DNA from: an uncultured Gammaproteobacteria bacterium
GTDB taxonomy: Bacteria > Pseudomonadota > Gammaproteobacteria > Steroidobacterales > Rariloculaceae
Assembly (NCBI GenBank): GCA_963744305.1
Contig: CAVUTF010000016.1
Span: forward strand, 4,459 to 68,458
Length of the DNA stretch: 64,000 nt
Direction: 5' to 3'
Shown here: one piece after another, positions 58,032-64,000 of the stretch
How positions within the stretch are numbered: position 1 is the first letter of the stretch
How the letters are laid out: each line of letters opens with the position of its first letter
Notes under the pieces: generated by a model
Database searches by the model: none
Told to the model about the DNA's origin: nothing
What the model saw: only the letters and a program-made list of their open reading frames with translations
Made by a program: the position numbers and the translations under genes

Positions 58032-58831
58032 GCGCGCGGCAAAAACGTGTGCCGCGAACCGGTCGAGCGCCTGCGCCAGCTCGCTCGGCATGGACAGGTG
58101 CGGCGTGTGATCCGTGTCGAGCTCGACCACGATGGCACAGGGGTTCTCGGTGCTCATGCGGCGCTGCAATGGTGGCGGGATGGCACGATCCTGCGTGCAC
58201 ACGACGCAGTACAGGTTGATGCCTTCGAGAGCTCCAGGCGGTATGGACACCGGCGTCACGAACGGCGCCACGGGTTGCGGGCCCTGCCTTGCGATTGCCC
58301 ACTCAGCGACGTCCTCCGCGCACGATCCATACAACGCTTGCCGCGAGGCTACGGCCGGCATGACCGCTACGGGCGGATCTCCGTCGACCGTGATATTCGC
58401 TTGAACTTGGTCGCCGGCGCCCTCCGGCAGCTTCGTCAGAACGAGGAGGCTGCTGGCCATTTGCGGAATGAAGGCCGCTACGTAGACGAGCGCCGCAACG
58501 CGCTCGGGACAGGCGCCGCTCCCTGGGTTGCGACGATGCCGCCCATGCTGTGGCCGACCACGACGGCCGGTTCGGACCTTCCGAGCAGCACCTCGGATAA
58601 ACGGGCCGCGTAGGCATCCAAAGTAGCTTCGCTCGCGGGTGTCCGGTCGTCGCCCAACCCGGGCAGATCGAATGCCTCTGCCGAATGCCCGCTTCCCTGC
58701 AGACGCTCTATCAGCGGCGCCCAGATCCATGCGCCGGAGAACGCGCCATGCACGAGGACCAATCTGGCCTTGTTGATCCGATCTAATGATCGTATACTAT
58801 CGATCAAATGAGCGGTCGTAAACGCATCCAC
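58011..58831 (-). CDS. alpha/beta hydrolase (methylesterase-like); apparent frameshift near 58515; start uncertain (58762-58831)
   Basis: Blocks RLVLVHGAFSGAWIW, VVVGHSMGG. It continues as CPERVAALVYVAAFIP...ELDTDHTPHLS in track ORF 58011..58730. The longest ORF would overlap the divergent antitoxin start. Confidence 0.7.
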
Positions 58832-59251
58832 AAGTTACGCCTTGCAGACCTGCTGGCGGGCCGCAGCGACGCCGGGCGCGAGCCCACGCAATGGCACGAG
58901 CGCATCCTCGAAGGGTTGGGCTTCGACGCCGTCGAGAAAGTCAAAGCGCGCGCGTCTCTGACGGACGCGGAGGTGGCACGGCTGCTTGGCATCGGCGAGG
59001 CGACGCTACGTCGAGCTCGAGCTTCCGGTAATGCGCTCGATCCGTTCACGAGCGACCGGCTCTATCGGTTGTCAAAGGCGATCGCGGTGGCGGAGGAAGT
59101 GCTCGAGGGCACGGACAACGCGATGAGCTGGTTGCGGCGGCCGCAGCCGGCGCTCGGCGGGCGAGTGCCGCTCGATCTTCTCGTGACTCAGGCCGGAGCC
59201 GATCAGGTGGAGACGTTGCTGCGCCGTATCGATTACGGCGTGTACACGTGA
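58808..59251 (+). CDS. Xre-like antitoxin with C-terminal DUF2384 (ParS/MbcA-type)
   Basis: HTH ..LTDAEVARLLGIGEATLRRAR.., then C-terminal AMSWLRRPQPALGGRVPLDLL..AGADQVETLLRRIDYGVY. The stop overlaps the RES gene start. Confidence 0.8.
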   Translation: MSGRKRIHKLRLADLLAGRSDAGREPTQWHERILEGLGFDAVEKVKARASLTDAEVARLLGIGEATLRRARASGNALDPFTSDRLYRLSKAIAVAEEVLEGTDNAMSWLRRPQPALGGRVPLDLLVTQAGADQVETLLRRIDYGVYT

Positions 59252-59703
59252 CCGACGTCTATCGGCTCGTCAGAAAAGAACGGGCCGGCGAAGCGCTGTC
59301 CGGGGAGGGCGCACGGGTCTACGGCGGCCGCTGGAATCCACCGGGCACCGCCGTCGTCTACGCGTCCGAGTCGCGCGCGCTCGCCGTCCTCGAGACGTTC
59401 GTTCACCTCACGCTGGAAGCGCGCACGATGCAGTTTCTGCTGTATGCGATCACTTTGCCGAAGCGGGCTCGAGTGCAGCGCTACACGAGGCGGCGCGCCG
59501 GCGCGCGCGCGAACAGTCAGGAAAGGGGGCGCGCTTGGCTCGACGAGGGCTCAGCGTTGGTACTGGTGGTGCCGTCCGTGATCGTCCCGCAGGAGACGAA
59601 CTACGTCTTGAACGTTCAGCACGCCCAGTTCGCACAAGTGCAGTTGGGTGAGCCCGAACCGTTCTCGTTCGATCAGCGCCTGTGGCGATCGAGCGCCGCG
59701 TAA
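59248..59703 (+). CDS. RES-domain toxin (ParT/MbcT-type)
   Basis: The GTG overlaps the antitoxin TGA (GTGA). Blocks RVYGGRWNPPGTAVVYASESRALAVLE and LVVPSVIVPQETNYVLN contain the R, E and S signature residues. Confidence 0.8.
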   Translation: MTDVYRLVRKERAGEALSGEGARVYGGRWNPPGTAVVYASESRALAVLETFVHLTLEARTMQFLLYAITLPKRARVQRYTRRRAGARANSQERGRAWLDEGSALVLVVPSVIVPQETNYVLNVQHAQFAQVQLGEPEPFSFDQRLWRSSAA

Positions 59704-59708
59704 CCTCG

Positions 59709-60653
59709 TCAGCGAATTGCTATCGGATTTCCCGGCGACCCCGTCGCACCCTTCAGTCTCAGCGGCGCGAAAAAGAACGCGAACTCGTAGACGCGATCGC
59801 GCGCGAGATCCTCCGTCGCGAGGTTCTCGAAGATGTAGATCCCGTTTCGCGGGATCAGCAGCTGATGCACGGGAAACGCGCAGCTCCGCATTGGGGTTAG
59901 GGACGACCTCGATCGCCCAGGTATCCGATCCCACCATCACGACCTCTCGCTCCACGAGATACTCCGCGCGGACAGGCCGATACCCGGCGCGCTGCCGACG
60001 AACGTTGCGTTGTTCGTGAGCCAGAGCGATCCCCAGCCGGTGTGCACGAGCACGACGTCGCCGGCGCGAAGCTCGATGCGCTGGCGCTCGAGGGCGCCCG
60101 TGAGATCGGCGCGGGTGATCTCATAGCCGCCCGTAAGCTGCGGGACGCCTTTGAACGCGGCGACGTCGACGAGCACGCCGCGCGTCGCGAGCGCGCCGAC
60201 GTTCTCGACGCCGAGCTTCGTCAAGCCGTCCGCCTTCGAGAACTCGTTGCGGTTGTTGCCGTTGTAGAACAGGTCGCCGACGCCGATGTGGCCCAAGCCA
60301 TCGAACTGCGTGCCCACTTGGCCGATTTCGGCGCTCACGATCTCGTCGTGATACATCGTCCGATTCGAGCCGAGCGGTCCGAACGTCTGCGGAATGCGCA
60401 GGCTGTAGTGGCGGGTGCCGAACATCGGCATCGCCGTCTCGTAAACCCTGCCGAGCTGGTACACCGTGCCCGCCGTGATGAGGTTCTTCGCCTCGAGCAC
60501 CTTCGCCGGTGTAATGCGGTTGGCGGCGCCGCGTTGATCCGCCGCACCCCACCGCGACGGATACCAGTCGGCGGGTTGACCGCGCGTCACGGTCGCTATG
60601 AACACAACGGCAAAAGCCGTCACCACGAGTGCGAGTGAGAGTCGACCGCGCAT
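59709..60653 (-). CDS. cyclase-family protein (second paralogue), exported; two apparent frameshifts (about 59965 and about 59878)
   Basis: ATG 60653 (AGGAGG SD) with a signal peptide. Motif GTQFDGLGHIG. It continues as AEYLVEREVVMVGSDTWAIE, then FPVHQLLIPRNGIYIFENL..LKGATGSPGNPIAIR, across three track ORFs. Confidence 0.75.
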
Positions 60654-60813
60654 CGGGCCTCCTGACATTAGGTTTTTGGTGCGTCGCGCTCGCGCAGCGA
60701 TCACTACCCTAACCGTTGCCGTCGGACGCGCGCAAGAAGCGTAAAACGCTAGCGTCGGTGGTGGGCGGCTCCCCCCAGAGACCGATTTTGCCGCGCTGTC
60801 CGTCTAACCTGTC

Positions 60814-61557
60814 GTGGAGATTCATGTCATTAGCCACAGGCACTCGCTCGATCGACGCGCCTGCATCGCGGCCCGACTGCGGGAGCGGGGGCTTCCGCAT
60901 GTCTTCTTCGATGCGATAGACGGGCAGGACGGGCGGCGCCTTTTTCCCGCGATCGACGCCGAACGCTTTCTGACGAATACGGGCCGCGAACCGACGCCCG
61001 GTGAAATAGGCCGCTATGCCAGTCACTTGAGTCTGTGGCAATTGTGTGCCGAGCGGCGCGAGCCCTTGGTGGTCATGGAAGACGATGCGTTGCTGCGGCC
61101 CAATTTCGTGTCGGCGCTATCGGAGACCGACAAGCTGATCGCTCGATTCGGATTCATTCGGCTGGAGTTCGAAGGATCAGACAACAACTGCGCGAAAGTG
61201 GAAGTCGGCGCGTGCGGCGAATTTACACTGTATTACAGCTCGCGTTGTCCGTTCGGCGCGACGTGTTACGCAATCGCACCGCGTGTCGCCGCCGAGTTCG
61301 TCGCGGCGAGCCGCGTCCTCTCGGGTCCCGTGGACCTGTTTATCAAGAGGTTTTGGGTGCATGGGCAACCGCTATTCGCGCTATGCCCTTACTCGGTCGC
61401 CGGGAGCGTCCAGAGTGAATGTTCGACGATTGAGGCGCGCGACAAAAGACGGCCGACCCTGACGCTGAGAGCACGGCGCACACTAAGCAAAGCCCGTGAC
61501 GCGAGCAATCGCCTTCGGTTCAACAGGCAGATGCAAGCGAGATTCGCCGAAATGTGA
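60814..61557 (+). CDS. family 25 glycosyltransferase (LPS/LOS-type)
   Basis: EIHVISHRHSLDRRACIAARLRERGLPHVFFDAIDG..., VVMEDDA. Typical GT25 N-terminal layout. Confidence 0.65.
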   Translation: MEIHVISHRHSLDRRACIAARLRERGLPHVFFDAIDGQDGRRLFPAIDAERFLTNTGREPTPGEIGRYASHLSLWQLCAERREPLVVMEDDALLRPNFVSALSETDKLIARFGFIRLEFEGSDNNCAKVEVGACGEFTLYYSSRCPFGATCYAIAPRVAAEFVAASRVLSGPVDLFIKRFWVHGQPLFALCPYSVAGSVQSECSTIEARDKRRPTLTLRARRTLSKARDASNRLRFNRQMQARFAEM

Positions 61558-61732
61558 AGAACGGTAGTCATGACGGAGAGTCTGGCTACCTCTAGAAACA
61601 CCCCACCAAAGTCGGAACTTTGCGAGGTTCTCCCCTCAGACGCCGCGCACGGTTAAAGTGCCACACAGCGTGTCCTGGCGAGCTCAGATGTCTTCGAACA
61701 ACTTGGGGCAAAGTCGGCGAGGCACTGTCGCG

Positions 61733-63095
61733 ATGAAAACCTGGCTCAGGGGGGTGTGTCCGACGCTCCGACCACCTGCTTCCGCATGCGTCTTGCTCGC
61801 CGCGTTCTGCGCCGGCTGCGGGCAGACCACCACTTTCGATCGCGATTTTGTCTCGTCCGAGCTCCAAACCAGAGTTGGCGCTGCACTACCGCTCGAGACG
61901 ATCGGCACCGACGTTCAATTGCCGCCGGGAGTGTTTCTGTCGGACGGCCTTGGCGAAGAGGAAGCCGTCGCCATCGCGCTTTGGAACAACGCAAGCTTTC
62001 CACGCGGATCTCGCGGAGCTCGGCGTCGCCAGAGCCGACCTCCTGGAGGCGGGATTGCTGCCGAATCCGGTGCTGAGCCTGGTTTTTCCCGGAAACAGTA
62101 AGGCACGGGAAGGCACGCTGAGCGTTCCGATTCAGCTCCTGCAACGGCCGACGCGGATCGCGATCGCCGAGCTCAACGCTGAGCGCATCGCGCACGGGCT
62201 GCTCGAAACCGGTCTAGGCCTGGCCCGCGACGTGCGAATCGCCTACGCGCAGCTCGATTTTGCTCAAACGCGTGAAGCTCTCGCTGAACGAGGTGCTGCC
62301 CTAGCAGCAGAGGTCGCCGAAATCGCTGGCGGACAACGCGACGCCGGCCAAATCAGCGATGTCGAGGCCTCGCGGATCGAAGCCGAGGCGTTGGCCGCGA
62401 TGGCCGGGTTTCAAGACGCGGCGCGCCAATCAGCGGCAGCCAGGCATCGATTGCTCAGCTTGGCCGGTGTCGCAGAGGCACGCTACCTAGCGCTCGGTCC
62501 GCGGGCGACCAGTCCGGAGTCGCCTCCGCCACCTCTCCCGGCGTTGCTCGATTTAGCGCTCGCCTCGCGCCCCGATCTGCGAGCCGCGGAGCTCGCCGTC
62601 GAGGCTGCCGGCGAGTCGGCGCACTGGCAGCGCCAACAAACCTACGACTTCTTGGCGTTGCTCGACCTCGATGAGGAGGAAGGCGGCCCTCTCGAGACCG
62701 GCCCGGGTTTTGAGTTCGAGCTGCCGCTGTTCGACCGAAACCAGGGTGGGCGAGAGCGCGCGGCCGCACGCCTGGAGCAGGCCGCGCTTCGCTATACAGC
62801 CGTACGGCGCAGCATCGTTCTCGACGTCACCGAGAATTATGCCGCGCATGCGTCGGCTCGAGAGGCGGCGAGCGCGTGGCGCGAAGGCATCGTGCCGCGG
62901 CTCGAGGCGACTCACGAGGACACGAAGCGCGCTTTGTCGCTCGGCAGCGCGTCGGAGCTCACGGTGCTGCAAGCCGAGCAGCGCCTGCTCGGAGCGCAGC
63001 TTGCGAGCGCTGAGGCAAATTTGGAGCTCAAGCGTGCCTCGGCCGAGCTCGCACATAGCGTTGGTCAAAAAGCCGACTCGCAGTCGCAGGAGTAG
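61733..63095 (+). CDS. TolC/CzcC-type outer membrane efflux lipoprotein; apparent frameshift near 61990
   Basis: ATG 61733 with lipobox LLAAFCAGCG. The frames join ..AIALWNN / QAFHADLAELGVARADLLEAGLLPNP.. into track ORF 61848..63095. OEP-type coiled-coil repeats. Confidence 0.75.
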
Positions 63096-63099
63096 TTTC

Positions 63100-64000
63100 G
63101 TGAACGCTCTCGGTCGCCTCATGAACGTCGGGGTCGCGATGACCGGAATCGGGTTGTCCGCTTGCGGCAACGACAATGCGTCGGACGCGGCTGCTCCCGC
63201 GCACGTCGAGCACGCGGTGGCGGAAGCCGAGCTCACGAGGATCTCGCTGACGGCCGAAGCCATCGGCTCGTCTCGGTCTCGAAACGGCGGTCGTCGAGCG
63301 CCGCACGGTTGCGATGACGCGAACCTTGGGCGGGGATCTGCTGGTTCCGCCGGGCCACGTGATGACGGTCGCCGCGCCCACGGCTGGCATCGTGCTCGGC
63401 CCGCAGCGCGAGGCGATGCTTCCGGCCGGCGCGAAGCTCGAAGGCGGCGACGTCGTGATGGAGCTCTTGCCGCTGCCGCCGGACAGCGAGCTTCTCGCGG
63501 CGCGCGAGGACATCCCGGTGCGCGAAGCCGAGCTCAATGTCGCCCGCGCGCGCGCCGAGCGCGCGGCGCAGCTGCTCCAGGGGCGCTCGGGCAGTCAGGA
63601 GCAACTCGAGCAAGCGCAAGCGGAGCTCGTGCGCGCGGAAGCGGCGCTGCGGCTCGCGACGCTCGCAGCAAGCGTTGCTGCTCGGCGCCGACGCGAGCGG
63701 GTTGACGCCGATCACATTGGTGAGCCAAGAGCCGGGCGTGCTGGCCGAGCTGCATGTGGCGTCGGGACAGCTCGTCTCGGCCGGTGCACCGCTCTTCACC
63801 GTCGAAGGTCAAGACCGGCTCTGGGTGCGCGTGCCGGTGTACTCGTCGGATCAAATTGCGATCGACCCGGCAACTCCTGCCACGGTTGCGCCGCTCGGCA
63901 CGAGCGCCGGCCGTCGCCGCGTCGCGCAGCCCAGCCCGTCGCGGGTCCGCCGACCGCGAATCCGAACGCCGCGTCCGATCGATCTTTTCTACGAGATCGA
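63100..64000 (+). CDS. RND efflux membrane-fusion (HlyD/CzcB-type) lipoprotein, partial, with at least 3 apparent frameshifts
   Basis: GTG 63100 (GCAGGAG SD) with lipobox GIGLSACGN. Segments in three frames: ARLGLETAVVERRTVAMTRTLGGDL, coiled coil ELNVARARAERAAQLL..EQAQAELVRAEAAL, LTPITLVSQEPGVLAELHVASGQLVSAGAPLFTV, GPPTANPNAAS.DLFYEI. It runs off the window. Confidence 0.65.

Noticed and set aside
58771-58805. Apparent palindrome TTGATCCGATCTAATGATCGTATACTATCGATCAA upstream of the antitoxin
   Set aside because: Only the outer TTGATC/GATCAA and the central GTATAC are symmetric, and the arms do not pair. It may still contain the operator, but I cannot define it.

Overview
This is a 64-kb, very GC-rich bacterial chromosomal segment; most genes look about 65-75% GC by eye. 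Gene content and an N-terminal fragment of an ADOP-type permease gene suggest an Acidobacteriota-like soil organism, but that is inference only. I can support about 55 protein-coding genes and found no rRNA, tRNA or CRISPR array.

Main observations:
1. A recurrent, uncharacterised exported two-domain module. A small 'signal peptide|HHS...NPH' domain (DUF6152-like from memory, 6 copies) sits next to, or is fused with, a second conserved domain with the skeleton PDFSGVW...C..G.P...WEGDTLV...E..C (5 copies).
2. A very secretome-heavy gene set. Most products carry Sec, Tat or lipoprotein signals, including enzyme families that are normally cytoplasmic.
3. A SoxCD/SorAB-like molybdoenzyme and cytochrome c translationally coupled to a G8/beta-helix protein.
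4. A PQQ dehydrogenase / Tat-flavoprotein / VOC operon.
5. An Xre-RES type II toxin-antitoxin pair.
6. A lower-GC (about 53%) island carrying a 625-aa orphan ORF.
7. About 30 apparent single-base frameshifts, several in homopolymers. These are most likely assembly indels. They split or artificially fuse many track ORFs; for example, the 1196-aa ORF 30112..33702 is really three genes.

Interrupted genes are reported as their reconstructed span.
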